Origin: a virus
Taxonomy: Duplodnaviria; Heunggongvirae; Uroviricota; Caudoviricetes
Strand: one strand, 5' to 3'
DNA: 64,000 nucleotides
IMG/VR virus record: IMGVR_UViG_3300031772_000004
Span: 42,710 to 106,709 of that record
The translations under genes were made by a program, and so were the position numbers. The notes under the pieces are model-generated. The model saw only the letters and a list, made by a program, of their open reading frames with translations. It did not search any database and was not told where the DNA came from. Positions within the stretch are counted from its first letter, which is position 1. Each line of letters opens with the position of its first letter. Shown here piece by piece: positions 29,946-38,979 of this stretch.

Positions 29946-30356
29946 ATGAAGAGAGATATTAAATTTAGAGTGTGGGATAAGGTAACTGAAAAATTTGTAA
30001 AAAGTGCCGTAGGCGGTTTTGGTTGGCCGGATTACTGCGAAATCCGATTAACTCTTGAAGGTAACTTGAAAATTGAAGCGGAATATGGTGAAGCGACATT
30101 AGACCCAGACCGATATATCATTCAACAATACATAGGCATCGAAGATGATACCGGCAAAGAAATTTATGAAGGCGATATTGTTGAATTGGAAACGGGTAAT
30201 TCTGCCCAAAGTTGGATAGAAAAAATATTACCTTCTTATAATGATTTAATGACAATTTTTAAAATATATTCACAGCGTAATCCTCATCAACATCAAATGA
30301 TTCAAAGTATTAAAGTCGTCGGTAATATATTTGAAAAGAGGGGGACATTGAAATGA
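29946..30356 (+). CDS. YopX-family phage protein (paralog 1)
   Basis: MKRDIKFRVWDK...IQQYIGIEDDTGKEIYEGDIV...VVGNIFEKRGTL matches the YopX pattern. The track ORF begins at TTG 29925, but the ATG at 29946 aligns with the paralog at 30645. Confidence 0.55.
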   Translation: MKRDIKFRVWDKVTEKFVKSAVGGFGWPDYCEIRLTLEGNLKIEAEYGEATLDPDRYIIQQYIGIEDDTGKEIYEGDIVELETGNSAQSWIEKILPSYNDLMTIFKIYSQRNPHQHQMIQSIKVVGNIFEKRGTLK

Positions 30357-30643
30357 AAAAACTTTCAAAAAATCAAGAGCAATTAGGAATTTTATTGGGA
30401 TGGCTAGATGGTGCTCCAAAATTTGTCCGATTAGTACACGCATCTTATTGTCGAGAATTTTGTTTGGAGAATGACGAAACAAATTTCTGTTATAATTTTG
30501 ATATAACCGACACTAAAAGAATTAAAGGATTAAATAAGTTACTTTGTTTATGGGCAAATAAAGGTTGGAAAAGCAAGACGGATTATAACGATAAAGATAT
30601 TCTGGATTTTGATGATTATTTTACGGGATTAGCAGAAGCTTAA
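30353..30643 (+). CDS. hypothetical protein
   Basis: 96-aa ORF between the two YopX paralogs. Confidence 0.3.
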   Translation: MKKLSKNQEQLGILLGWLDGAPKFVRLVHASYCREFCLENDETNFCYNFDITDTKRIKGLNKLLCLWANKGWKSKTDYNDKDILDFDDYFTGLAEA

Positions 30644-30644
30644 T

Positions 30645-31151
30645 ATGAATAGAGAATTTAAATTTAGAGTGTGGTATCCAAAAGAGAAAAAATTTTATTA
30701 TACATCTTTTGAGCAAGCATACGGAATATTAGGGAAAGATGCCTGGAAAGAAGAATATATCATTCAACAATATACAGGTCTTATAGATAAAAATGCTAAA
30801 GATATATATGAAGGTGACCTTATAACAATTACAGGTGATGTTGAAGGTCGTGAGCCATGTTCACCGACACACAAAGAAACAAGCTGTCCTCTAGAAGTAT
30901 TTTGGGATGAAAATTGGAATGGCTGGCGTGCTCGCTTCATTCCTAGTTATAACACAGACATTTATGAAAGGCATGATTTACCACGAAGTTATGAATCACA
31001 TCATTTAGAAGTGGTTGGTAATATGTTTGAAAATTTGGAGACACTAAAATGGGCAAAATATATAAAGACAAAAGAGGCTCTTCCTGCAAAATGTGCAAAC
31101 CGCATAAAAACAAGTGGGCAGACAAGAAAAAAGTCAAAGAAAGAGATTTAA
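30645..31151 (+). CDS. YopX-family phage protein (paralog 2)
   Basis: MNREFKFRVWYPKEKKFYY...IIQQYTGLIDKNAKDIYEGDLI...VVGNMFENLETL. Confidence 0.55.
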   Translation: MNREFKFRVWYPKEKKFYYTSFEQAYGILGKDAWKEEYIIQQYTGLIDKNAKDIYEGDLITITGDVEGREPCSPTHKETSCPLEVFWDENWNGWRARFIPSYNTDIYERHDLPRSYESHHLEVVGNMFENLETLKWAKYIKTKEALPAKCANRIKTSGQTRKKSKKEI

Positions 31152-31197
31152 TCACAAGAACCGACAAAGAAATGAAGGAATATAAGAAGAATTGCTC

Positions 31198-31225
31198 TTG
31201 ACTTTATTCTTATAAAAGATATAAT
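31198..31225 (+). promoter_or_regulatory. sigma70-like promoter TTGACT-16-TATAAT
   Basis: cTTGACTttattcttataaaagaTATAAT upstream of 31235. Confidence 0.5.
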
Positions 31226-31234
31226 AGATAAAGT

Positions 31235-31498
31235 ATGAAAACTAAAACAAGAGTAGTATCGTCTGTGGTGATAGCCTTTTTATATGTTGCTTTAAATCAA
31301 CTATATAAGTTTGTCTATTCACCAATAACAGCAAAAGCAACGGCTAATTCTCTAAGTGATAATCCGCCAGATTATTTTTTGGCAAAATTCATTCGAGATG
31401 GTGGCGTTGAACATGCATTATCCTATGTTGCCCTATTTTTATTGATTGTAATATGGACGGGATATTTCTGTAAGTGTGACAGCCAAACAAAGAAGTAA
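31235..31498 (+). CDS. small membrane protein
   Basis: Two hydrophobic helices (VVSSVVIAFLYVAL, ALFLLIVIWTGYF). Downstream of a sigma70-like promoter. Confidence 0.35.
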   Translation: MKTKTRVVSSVVIAFLYVALNQLYKFVYSPITAKATANSLSDNPPDYFLAKFIRDGGVEHALSYVALFLLIVIWTGYFCKCDSQTKK

Positions 31499-31519
31499 AA
31501 CAACCAAAAGAAAGAAAAT

Positions 31520-32506
31520 ATGAAAACAAAACAAGTTATACTTAGTATGTTAGTATTAGCCGCAGTCGGCTGTGGACCTGTAAAGGTTCTAGACCCAAAA
31601 GAAATCAAGCCAAATGAAACCGCGTGGGTAATTCCGCTTGATACATCGTCACAATCCGGACAAGCGAAGTTTAATAGCGTTGATTTTCTTAATCAAAGAA
31701 AGGTAGCTGCAAAGCGAATCATGATTGATAAGGTGGTTCGTAAAACAGGTCGTTATTGGTGTGATTATGAATGGATTAATGCTGTGCGCGTTGTTACCGT
31801 TGACCGCTCTCTAGTAACACGAGAGTGGACAGACACAGAGAATAAAGGTACATCAATGAAGGATGAAGGCATTCAAGTTAATACAAAGGATAATATTGGA
31901 CTTACGGTTGGCCTGACCATTACCGTTAATATTGATGAAGAAGATGCCTCAACATATCTTTATTATCATGGTGAGAAAAGTTTAGCCGCTGTTACCGACG
32001 AAAATATTCGTAGTTATGCCGTCGCAGAGCTTAATAGAAAAATCAGTTCGTTGACTCTAATTGAATTCCAACAACAACAAGCTCAAATCTATGTCGATTT
32101 GTTTAAGGATGCTGCGGAATACTATAAAACGAAGGGTGTAACAATTCAATACTTGGGTAATGCAGAAGGTTGGAAGTTTACTAACGCAAGTATTCAAGAT
32201 AGTATCAATAAGAGTTTTATTGCTCAACAAGATAATAAAACAGCGAAGATGGAGCAAGATGCACAAAGAACGCGTAATGCAACATTGATTTTGAACGCGG
32301 AAACACAAAAGGAAGCCGCTCAAACTCTATTTGCTGCTAAGGAAGCATCGGAGTTTCAAAATGAATTGGCCATTAACAAAATGAAGGCTCAAGCCTCTCT
32401 GGAAATGGCACAGAAATGGAATGGTGCGTTGCCTGCCAATATTTTGCCAAGCAATTCTCCATTGTTATTGAATCTTGGTCAGCAAGAAGCAGCCAAAACT
32501 AAGTAA
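31520..32506 (+). CDS. lipoprotein with possible SPFH/band-7-like domain and C-terminal coiled coil
   Basis: Lipobox LAAVGCGP. Central beta-rich region. Long Ala/Gln/Lys coiled-coil tail typical of SPFH (HflK/C-like) proteins. Weak. Confidence 0.35.
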   Translation: MKTKQVILSMLVLAAVGCGPVKVLDPKEIKPNETAWVIPLDTSSQSGQAKFNSVDFLNQRKVAAKRIMIDKVVRKTGRYWCDYEWINAVRVVTVDRSLVTREWTDTENKGTSMKDEGIQVNTKDNIGLTVGLTITVNIDEEDASTYLYYHGEKSLAAVTDENIRSYAVAELNRKISSLTLIEFQQQQAQIYVDLFKDAAEYYKTKGVTIQYLGNAEGWKFTNASIQDSINKSFIAQQDNKTAKMEQDAQRTRNATLILNAETQKEAAQTLFAAKEASEFQNELAINKMKAQASLEMAQKWNGALPANILPSNSPLLLNLGQQEAAKTK

Positions 32507-32520
32507 GAATTAATACTAAG

Positions 32521-32556
32521 GATGGCCGCTTCACCAAAATGGAGCGGCCATTTTTT
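32521..32556 (+). terminator. rho-independent terminator
   Basis: The 9-bp stem ATGGCCGCT pairs with AGCGGCCAT and is followed by TTTTTT. It lies directly after the stop of 31520..32506. Confidence 0.7.
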
Positions 32557-32682
32557 ATGAATAAAAATATGAAATTGTCAAAAGAAAAAGAAAAGATACT
32601 CCACAAACAATTCTCTGCTCTTAAAGAGAGAGTAAAAAAACAAGACCGCTTGATTTATGATGTTAGACAAGGATATATGTAA
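32557..32682 (+). CDS. hypothetical small protein (41 aa)
   Basis: ATG immediately after the terminator hairpin. Lys-rich MNKNMKLSKEKEKILHKQF.... Below the ORF-track cutoff. Read by eye. Confidence 0.2.
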   Translation: MNKNMKLSKEKEKILHKQFSALKERVKKQDRLIYDVRQGYM

Positions 32683-32685
32683 CAA

Positions 32686-32922
32686 ATGATATTTCATCCA
32701 ACATTTCCTGTAGAAGAAAGATTTGCAAAACAACTTGAAAATGGAGAAAATTTTTCATGGATGTTTGAGGATTTGAGAATAAACGAACACTGCTCTGTGT
32801 GTAAAGAATATTGTTTTGTTTCCAATTCACTTACATTTGATAACGCAATAAAATGTAAAAATGGACATATATGTTTCCACTCTGTTCCTTATGCTTACAA
32901 ATATAGAAGGTTAAAAGAATGA
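32686..32922 (+). CDS. hypothetical Cys-rich protein
   Basis: 78-aa ORF with CxxC/CxxxH spacing (HCSVCKEY...CKNGHICFH). Confidence 0.3.
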   Translation: MIFHPTFPVEERFAKQLENGENFSWMFEDLRINEHCSVCKEYCFVSNSLTFDNAIKCKNGHICFHSVPYAYKYRRLKE

Positions 32923-32938
32923 AAACAATTACATTAGA

Positions 32939-33256
32939 ATGAATATAAAATATAAAAGTCTTTTTTTAGGCGGCCCACTCCACAGAAAAAAGAGAGTAGC
33001 TAATGGAGCTATTCATGTTGAATATTCTAGAAAAAAGTGTTTTGAATTTCCACCGAATGAAAACTTCTATATTCCAGATAAATATGAGTATAGATTGATG
33101 AATATTTGTGATGCATGTACTGGCAAATCCGAAAGTGTTTATGTATATACGAATTCCAGATTAAAACCGGAAGTGTTGTGGTATAATTATAATCGAAGGC
33201 GTATGAGATTTAAAATGTCATATAAATTGCCAGAGTGGGAGCTGGGGGCTATATAA
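32939..33256 (+). CDS. hypothetical protein
   Basis: 105-aa ORF. Confidence 0.3.
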   Translation: MNIKYKSLFLGGPLHRKKRVANGAIHVEYSRKKCFEFPPNENFYIPDKYEYRLMNICDACTGKSESVYVYTNSRLKPEVLWYNYNRRRMRFKMSYKLPEWELGAI

Positions 33257-33522
33257 TGGATACGGAAGAAACAACAGATAAAAAAATTATAAACTGTGAT
33301 CATCAAAAGGTAATGTTTATTGGTGAGAATAGTTTGATTGGATATTATCGTTGTCAGGCTTGTGGGGAAAAAATAGATCCCGTCGAGCAAGCAAAAAATG
33401 AAGGTCATTTGAATGTTAAATTAATAGATTACTATACACAATATCCCAACAGATTAAATATGATGTGGAGAGCACACGCTTTTGTAAGACATTTGTATAA
33501 TGAAAATTTAGAGCCTATATGA
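33235..33522 (+). CDS. hypothetical Zn-ribbon protein
   Basis: CDHQ...CQACGEKID, a two CxxC-like arrangement. Confidence 0.3.
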   Translation: MGAGGYIMDTEETTDKKIINCDHQKVMFIGENSLIGYYRCQACGEKIDPVEQAKNEGHLNVKLIDYYTQYPNRLNMMWRAHAFVRHLYNENLEPI

Positions 33523-33800
33523 ATTGCGTATTTTGTAAAATAGACCCAAATACACGGGAACATCATATTGTTCCGAAAGCAAAGGGCGGTAAAGAAACTG
33601 TATCGGCCTGTGCAACATGTGAAAATTTCTTACATAAGTCTTGGAGTCACAATGAGTTACGGGATATCTATAATAATGTCGATACGATTTTAAATGACGA
33701 AAAATTCCAAAAGTTTTTGAAGTGGAGATTAAAACAACCGATTGGTGTTGTTTTTAAAAGTAAAAGTGGTAGATTTAGAGACAAGAGGAAGTATAGTTAA
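33519..33800 (+). CDS. small HNH endonuclease
   Basis: CVFCK...EHHIVPKAKGG...CATCENFLHK (HNH beta-beta-alpha-Me motif). Confidence 0.5.
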   Translation: MNCVFCKIDPNTREHHIVPKAKGGKETVSACATCENFLHKSWSHNELRDIYNNVDTILNDEKFQKFLKWRLKQPIGVVFKSKSGRFRDKRKYS

Positions 33801-33801
33801 A

Positions 33802-33924
33802 ATGAAATCACCGATTAGAATTTGTTTAGCAGGATTTATATTTGCTGTTATTCTTTCTTTTTTTATTGGAAACGCAGTAGGATTTGCCTGTGGTTATCAT
33901 ATTTGTAAACAGGAGCAACACTAA
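33802..33924 (+). CDS. small membrane peptide (40 aa)
   Basis: MKSPIRICLAGFIFAVILSFFIGNAVGFACGYHIC: one TM helix. The ATG at 33802 is preceded by AAAATG and coupled to the HNH ORF's stop. The track ORF 33742..33924 overlaps the upstream gene. Confidence 0.25.
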   Translation: MKSPIRICLAGFIFAVILSFFIGNAVGFACGYHICKQEQH

Positions 33925-33935
33925 ATAAAGGAATT

Positions 33936-34130
33936 ATGAATTTAACTTTTAAAAATATAAAGCATGAGTTTAACCTGAAAGGCTTTAAGGTTGGAGACAC
34001 TTTTGTTGGGTGTACTAAATGCTGGTATCAATTTGCTCCAGAGCCGCAGTCTTTATATTGTAATCAATGTAATTGTGGCGAAACATTTAAAATACTGACG
34101 GTAACAATAGATGATATAAAGGATTTATGA
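33936..34130 (+). CDS. hypothetical Zn-ribbon protein
   Basis: CTKCW...CNQCNCG. Confidence 0.3.
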   Translation: MNLTFKNIKHEFNLKGFKVGDTFVGCTKCWYQFAPEPQSLYCNQCNCGETFKILTVTIDDIKDL

Positions 34131-34501
34131 AAAATGTATTTAAACCAGATAAACCATTAAGGCGTATTAAGGATGTTGCGTGGCGTGTATGTAGATGGCA
34201 TTTTACAGAAGAAAGATTCAATGAAAAATTTGATTTACAAAAATCATTTCCGTGTTATAAGTGCGCAGGAAAAGGACATTTGAGGGATTATTCAGGCGTC
34301 GGAAATGACTATTCTGAAGAAACATGTACATTTTGTTTAGATGGAAGAATTTCAAAAGAAGAATTTCAAAAATATCATAATGAATTGATAAAATCCTATG
34401 AATCTAGTCTTAAAGAATATAACGATGTAAAGGATAGATTGAGTGCTATCTTAAAAAAGATTACAAAAAAAGAAGCAGAGTTTATTAGTAGGTATTATTA
34501 A
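34127..34501 (+). CDS. hypothetical Zn-finger protein
   Basis: CYKCAGKGH ... CTFCLDG. Confidence 0.3.
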   Translation: MKNVFKPDKPLRRIKDVAWRVCRWHFTEERFNEKFDLQKSFPCYKCAGKGHLRDYSGVGNDYSEETCTFCLDGRISKEEFQKYHNELIKSYESSLKEYNDVKDRLSAILKKITKKEAEFISRYY

Positions 34502-34513
34502 TGGAGAAATGAT

Positions 34514-34801
34514 ATGAAAATAGAAGTCACAGCAAACCTAGATTTGGATGAAATTGGTTATCAATTGGTAGAACAACTATCAGAAAAACAATTTGTCGAT
34601 TGGATATTTGAAACCATTGATAGAATGACAGAGCAAGAAGAAGTAATTGCTAGAATGAGAAAAACTTTAAAGCAATATGATGAACCAGAATCAAGCAAAC
34701 AAGAATATAGCAAACCAGAGACAAAAAAGGAAAGAATGAAAAAGTGTCCGGGCAAAAGTGAATCATTTTGTGATGAAATGTTGAGGATAAGTGGACGCTA
34801 A
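34514..34801 (+). CDS. hypothetical protein
   Basis: 95-aa ORF with a Glu/Lys-rich C-terminus. Confidence 0.3.
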   Translation: MKIEVTANLDLDEIGYQLVEQLSEKQFVDWIFETIDRMTEQEEVIARMRKTLKQYDEPESSKQEYSKPETKKERMKKCPGKSESFCDEMLRISGR

Positions 34802-34997
34802 ATTCTATAAAATACTTGTAAATTTTTTAACTAATGACTTACAAGGATTGTGTAAAAAGCATAAAATTAAAATGGAAGATTGTTTTACACCCGAAGAATT
34901 TGGTTCATTAATTTGGTTATTTCATAAAGAGTGGTATAACCGAAATGAAGTAAGAGACATAATAAAGAAAAGAGTTGAGGAAAGAGCAAAAATATGA
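34791..34997 (+). CDS. hypothetical protein
   Basis: 68-aa ORF. Confidence 0.25.
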   Translation: MDAKFYKILVNFLTNDLQGLCKKHKIKMEDCFTPEEFGSLIWLFHKEWYNRNEVRDIIKKRVEERAKI

Positions 34998-35350
34998 ATT
35001 TTAATAATTTAGCAGGTTTAATTATTCAAGGAGAATTGGCCAACAGTTCGTTAGACTACGAATTAACAAAATATTTTTGGGGGGAAGAATATGAATTTAT
35101 AAAGATTGGCGACCCGCTTATTCTGAGAATTTTTTGTGATAGTTATGATAATTCCATTGAAATAGATGTTTCTAACATATTGGACATAGAAGAATTTGTA
35201 GAAGATAAAATTACAAAAGAATTCATTGATAGTATACTTCAAAGCGGTTGTAGTCGTTTTTGGGTTAACTTCTATGACTCATACCGCGAAGAAAAAATAG
35301 CAGAAGTTTATTGTAATGCAGATGGGAAATCGTTTAAATACAAAGATTAA
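34994..35350 (+). CDS. hypothetical protein
   Basis: 118-aa ORF. Confidence 0.3.
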   Translation: MNFNNLAGLIIQGELANSSLDYELTKYFWGEEYEFIKIGDPLILRIFCDSYDNSIEIDVSNILDIEEFVEDKITKEFIDSILQSGCSRFWVNFYDSYREEKIAEVYCNADGKSFKYKD

Positions 35351-35425
35351 ATAGAGTTGAAGCAAATATCGCTTACTATATAAAAAGTAGACAATCACAA
35401 TAAAAGAGGTATACTATAAGAATAT

Positions 35426-36166
35426 ATGAAAAAAGAAATCCTAGAAAAATTCATCCGAAAATACTCAATGAACGGCTTGATAGATTCCGTTAAATTTGTA
35501 ATCAAAGCGGCCGATAAGAAATTATCCACCAATACGATTACAGGAGAAAAGAATGTATTGGTTAATGTAGCATTAGCAGAATTTGACGCAATAACAGAAG
35601 ATTGTGAATTTGGTGTTTATGAAACAGCAAAGTTAAATAAAATGTTAAGCGTTCTTGGTGAGGAAGTGTCACTTTCTTTAAATAAAGTTGACGATAGAAT
35701 TACTTCATTAAGCGTTGAAGATGGAAAGACTGAAATACAATTTATAACTGCAGATTTAAGTGTTATTCCAACCGCTCCAAATCTAAAGAAAATGCCGGAG
35801 TTTAATGTAGAAATTGAATTGGATGATGATTTTATTACACGCTTCATCAAAGCAAAAAATGCCCTTCCTGATGTAGATATATTCACACTATTAATGAATA
35901 AAAAGAAGAAACTAGATATGGTTATCGGTTATTCTATGTTAAATAGCAATCGAATTACTCTTGGGGTAACGGCAAAGGCTGGTAAAGACGCGGTTACTAA
36001 GAATATTAACTTTAGCGCTAAGTATTTGAAAGAAATATTAACGGCTAATGGTGAGTGTGATAGTGCTATCTTAAAGGTTAGTGATGCAGGATTGGCAACG
36101 ATAGCATTTAGTAAAGATAATTTTACTTCAAACTATTATATGGTTGAAGTTAAGACAGCAGAGTAA
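35426..36166 (+). CDS. candidate sliding clamp (T4 gp45-like)
   Basis: 246 aa. Precedes the clamp-loader gene as in T4 (45-44-62). Strong SD AAAAGAGGT upstream. Only loose compositional similarity to gp45. Confidence 0.45.
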   Translation: MKKEILEKFIRKYSMNGLIDSVKFVIKAADKKLSTNTITGEKNVLVNVALAEFDAITEDCEFGVYETAKLNKMLSVLGEEVSLSLNKVDDRITSLSVEDGKTEIQFITADLSVIPTAPNLKKMPEFNVEIELDDDFITRFIKAKNALPDVDIFTLLMNKKKKLDMVIGYSMLNSNRITLGVTAKAGKDAVTKNINFSAKYLKEILTANGECDSAILKVSDAGLATIAFSKDNFTSNYYMVEVKTAE

Positions 36167-36168
36167 AT

Positions 36169-36279
36169 ATGGATTATACACCTTGGAAATGGTATCAAAA
36201 ACCATTCAATAAATACTATTGGAAAATGTGGTGGTGGGATTTTAAAGTAAAAATCGGATTAGAATCTGATATGGACTAA
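36169..36279 (+). CDS. Trp-rich micro-ORF (36 aa)
   Basis: MDYTPWKWYQKPFNKYYWKMWWWDFKVKIGLESDMD, 8 Trp in 36 residues. ATG 3 nt after the upstream stop. Confidence 0.2.
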   Translation: MDYTPWKWYQKPFNKYYWKMWWWDFKVKIGLESDMD

Positions 36280-36281
36280 CT

Positions 36282-36701
36282 ATGATATACTATTCAAATG
36301 AAATGTTACCGAATAAATTAAGTAGCGATGGGAATATAATTCCTTATACAGGATTATATCAAATCTGTGGATTCATTGATAGTAAAATACTTATAACGAC
36401 AAGAGATAAACAAATGGCAGATAGAATAGTTTATCTTTTATCAGAGGATGATAGAGTTAAAGAGGAGAGTTGGAAAAAGGAACGAGAGCGTGAGGAAAAG
36501 AAAAAATACAATTTAATCATAGACCAACATTACGATGAATATGGCGTTGGCTGGCAAATATCAGATAAACTTAAACATTGGAAGAAATATTATACCGACA
36601 TGTTTTATTATACATTGCAATGTAAAACTGACGAAGACTTTGTAAAAGCATATGAATCTATTTGGTGGGATGAAAATAAAGACAAAAATGAAAGAGACTG
36701 A
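36282..36701 (+). CDS. hypothetical protein
   Basis: 139-aa ORF. Confidence 0.3.
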   Translation: MIYYSNEMLPNKLSSDGNIIPYTGLYQICGFIDSKILITTRDKQMADRIVYLLSEDDRVKEESWKKEREREEKKKYNLIIDQHYDEYGVGWQISDKLKHWKKYYTDMFYYTLQCKTDEDFVKAYESIWWDENKDKNERD

Positions 36702-36837
36702 TTATAAAGGGTTTTGTGAACATTACGATGCAATGGTTGAAGTGGGTTGTCCAATGGACAGAAAAGAATTAGTAAGACTTGCTAAAATATATAATACACC
36801 AATTCCCGAAGAATGGAATTATGTAGGGTATAGATAA
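36652..36837 (+). CDS. hypothetical protein
   Basis: 61-aa ORF. The true start is probably internal at about 36688. Confidence 0.25.
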   Translation: MNLFGGMKIKTKMKETDYKGFCEHYDAMVEVGCPMDRKELVRLAKIYNTPIPEEWNYVGYR

Positions 36838-36838
36838 T

Positions 36839-37135
36839 ATGGATACAAGAACAGGAGAAATTTATACGCCCGAACAGATGAAACTGATAGAAGAACTTGC
36901 TGAGAAAAAAGCTTTATATAAGACTCTCACGGAAAAGTTGGAAGCAATGGGCGCTAAAGACCTTCTTTCACATTTAAAACAAGTAAATATACCTCTTACA
37001 GAAACTCAAATAAAAAATATGAAGATTGAACCATATGATCCATGTCCGTGTGGAAGTGGAAATAAATTTAAATTTTGTTGTAATGGAAAAGAAAACGATT
37101 ATAATAAAGCTATGGCAAAGTTAATAAAAAATTAA
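36839..37135 (+). CDS. SEC-C motif-containing small protein
   Basis: C-terminal PCPCGSGNKFKFCC matches the SecA C-terminal (SEC-C) metal-binding motif. Confidence 0.45.
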   Translation: MDTRTGEIYTPEQMKLIEELAEKKALYKTLTEKLEAMGAKDLLSHLKQVNIPLTETQIKNMKIEPYDPCPCGSGNKFKFCCNGKENDYNKAMAKLIKN

Positions 37136-37137
37136 TT

Positions 37138-37383
37138 ATGTTATCAAAAAAATTAAACACAAACTATACTTTTTTCAACAAAAATGTGGATAATTCGTGG
37201 GATGGATATGTTTTGGTATTTGTTGGACAAGAAAAAATGGGGCCGATGATGTCAACTAACATTAAAAAGATGAGTGCAACATTAGTATTTTTAACACCCG
37301 CAGAAGCAGAATTATCCAAGAAAAATTATAGTAAAGTACTTCGAGAATTTTTAAAAGTAGTTAAATGTAAGGTAAGTATATAA
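37138..37383 (+). CDS. hypothetical protein
   Basis: 81-aa ORF. Confidence 0.3.
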   Translation: MLSKKLNTNYTFFNKNVDNSWDGYVLVFVGQEKMGPMMSTNIKKMSATLVFLTPAEAELSKKNYSKVLREFLKVVKCKVSI

Positions 37384-37384
37384 T

Positions 37385-37573
37385 ATGCCATATGGTCCAT
37401 GTATTCTGTGCGGAGCAACTAATTACCCATCCTCCTTTGGCGGCCCGCTGATTTGTCCTTCTTGTGATTGTGGAAATCCTCCACAGCAAAAACAAGAATA
37501 TTTTTCCTTGTTTCCTGAAGCGAAATCAGATAGAATAATAGAGTTATTAGAGCAAATTAAAGATAAACTATGA
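37385..37573 (+). CDS. hypothetical Zn-ribbon protein
   Basis: CILCG...CPSCDCG. Confidence 0.3.
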   Translation: MPYGPCILCGATNYPSSFGGPLICPSCDCGNPPQQKQEYFSLFPEAKSDRIIELLEQIKDKL

Positions 37574-38529
37574 ATCATTTTGAGATAGAAGAACATGCAG
37601 AGGCAGAAAGTCAACACACTATATTTGTAGAAAAATATCGTCCATCTAAATTGGAAGATTATGTTGGAGACAAGGTATTTAAAGCAACATTACAATCTTT
37701 TATTGATAAGAAAGACATACCACACTTATTGTTTTATAATTCAAGTCCGGGCACAGGTAAGACTGCTGCTGCAAAGATACTTGTAAAGAATATTCCTTGT
37801 GATTATTTGTATCTTAATGCATCCGATGAAAATGGAATTGAAACAGTACGAACAAAAATTAAAGGTTTTGCTTCATCTGCTGGTTTTTATCCTCTTAAAA
37901 TTGTTATATTAGACGAATGTGACCAGATTACGCCAGAAGGGCAGGGGGCACTTCGTAATTTGATTGAAACATTCTCTTTACATACAAGATTTATTTTAAC
38001 TTGTAATTATATGGAGAAAATGATACCGCCGATTGTTTCAAGGTGTCAGACGCATAAAGTTGAATCACCAACAAAGAAAGAAGTAGCATTATTAGTTAAA
38101 AGTATATTGGATAAGGAAAGTATTAAGTATACCGCAGAAGATTTAGCATACATTGTAAACACTTATTATCCTGATATGCGAAAGGTTATTAATTTTGCTC
38201 AACAAAGTGTTGTTGAAAGTCAATTGATTATTAATCGACATAATATTGTTGAAACCGACACCAAATTGAAAGTCTTGGAATTGTTAAAGACAGCAATTAG
38301 CAATCCAACAACATTTAATACAATTCGACAATTGATTGCTGATGCTGATATAAGGTTTTATGATGAATATTATAAATTCTTATACGATAAGGTTGGAGAA
38401 TTTGCGAAAGGTAAAGATGTCTTAGCAATTTTGACTATTGCTGAATATTTGTATCAATCATCGTTGGTAGTTGATAAAGAGATTACATTTATGGCTTGCA
38501 TAGCAAGACTTATTAAGGAATTAAAATGA
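37570..38529 (+). CDS. clamp loader ATPase subunit (RFC-like; T4 gp44-like)
   Basis: Walker A NSSPGTGKTAAAKIL. Walker B/DExD ILDECDQIT. SRC-like region LRNLIETFSLHTRFILTCN. AAA+ lid. Confidence 0.75.
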   Translation: MNHFEIEEHAEAESQHTIFVEKYRPSKLEDYVGDKVFKATLQSFIDKKDIPHLLFYNSSPGTGKTAAAKILVKNIPCDYLYLNASDENGIETVRTKIKGFASSAGFYPLKIVILDECDQITPEGQGALRNLIETFSLHTRFILTCNYMEKMIPPIVSRCQTHKVESPTKKEVALLVKSILDKESIKYTAEDLAYIVNTYYPDMRKVINFAQQSVVESQLIINRHNIVETDTKLKVLELLKTAISNPTTFNTIRQLIADADIRFYDEYYKFLYDKVGEFAKGKDVLAILTIAEYLYQSSLVVDKEITFMACIARLIKELK

Positions 38530-38675
38530 ATTGGAAAGAAATACAACGATTATTAGAAATTGACAACGACAAACAAACTCTATTAATAGAATTAATGACA
38601 TTTGTAAAAGCAAAAGGCCTTTGGGAAGAATTTGAAAAATGCTCGACCATTAAAATTGTGAAGGAATTAAAATGA
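38526..38675 (+). CDS. micro-ORF A (49 aa), ends KELK
   Basis: ATG overlaps the TGA of the clamp loader via the AAGGAATTAAAATGA junction. Read by eye. Below the track cutoff. Confidence 0.3.
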   Translation: MNWKEIQRLLEIDNDKQTLLIELMTFVKAKGLWEEFEKCSTIKIVKELK

Positions 38676-38809
38676 TAACCCGTGAAGAATTAAAAAATGT
38701 AATAGAAATTTTAACACGCCGATGCAATTTGATATGTACTGAAGACAATGCTACAGATATCATGACATATGATGAATGGATTGATAACATATTAGGGGAA
38801 TTAAAATGA
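38672..38809 (+). CDS. micro-ORF B (45 aa), ends GELK
   Basis: Same junction motif at both ends. Confidence 0.3.
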   Translation: MITREELKNVIEILTRRCNLICTEDNATDIMTYDEWIDNILGELK

Positions 38810-38979
38810 TTTTTTGTTTTCATAACTGGGATTATTTTCTATATGGAAATCGGAAATGTATTAAATGCAATAAAAACCAATATTGGAAAGCAACAGCAAA
38901 CCTGTCCGGCGGATTTGTTAATGGAAAGAGAAATCCCCGACCGGCCGTTCAGAAACTTATCATGAAGGAATTAAAATGA
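38806..38979 (+). CDS. micro-ORF C (57 aa), Cys-containing, ends KELK
   Basis: Same junction motif at both ends. CxxC (CIKC). Confidence 0.3.
   Translation: MIFCFHNWDYFLYGNRKCIKCNKNQYWKATANLSGGFVNGKRNPRPAVQKLIMKELK

Noticed and set aside
35426-36166. Firm identification of the 246-aa ORF as sliding clamp gp45
   Set aside because: This was not fully rejected but downgraded. Only gene order and size support it, and sequence similarity to T4 gp45 is not evident by eye. It is reported at low confidence.
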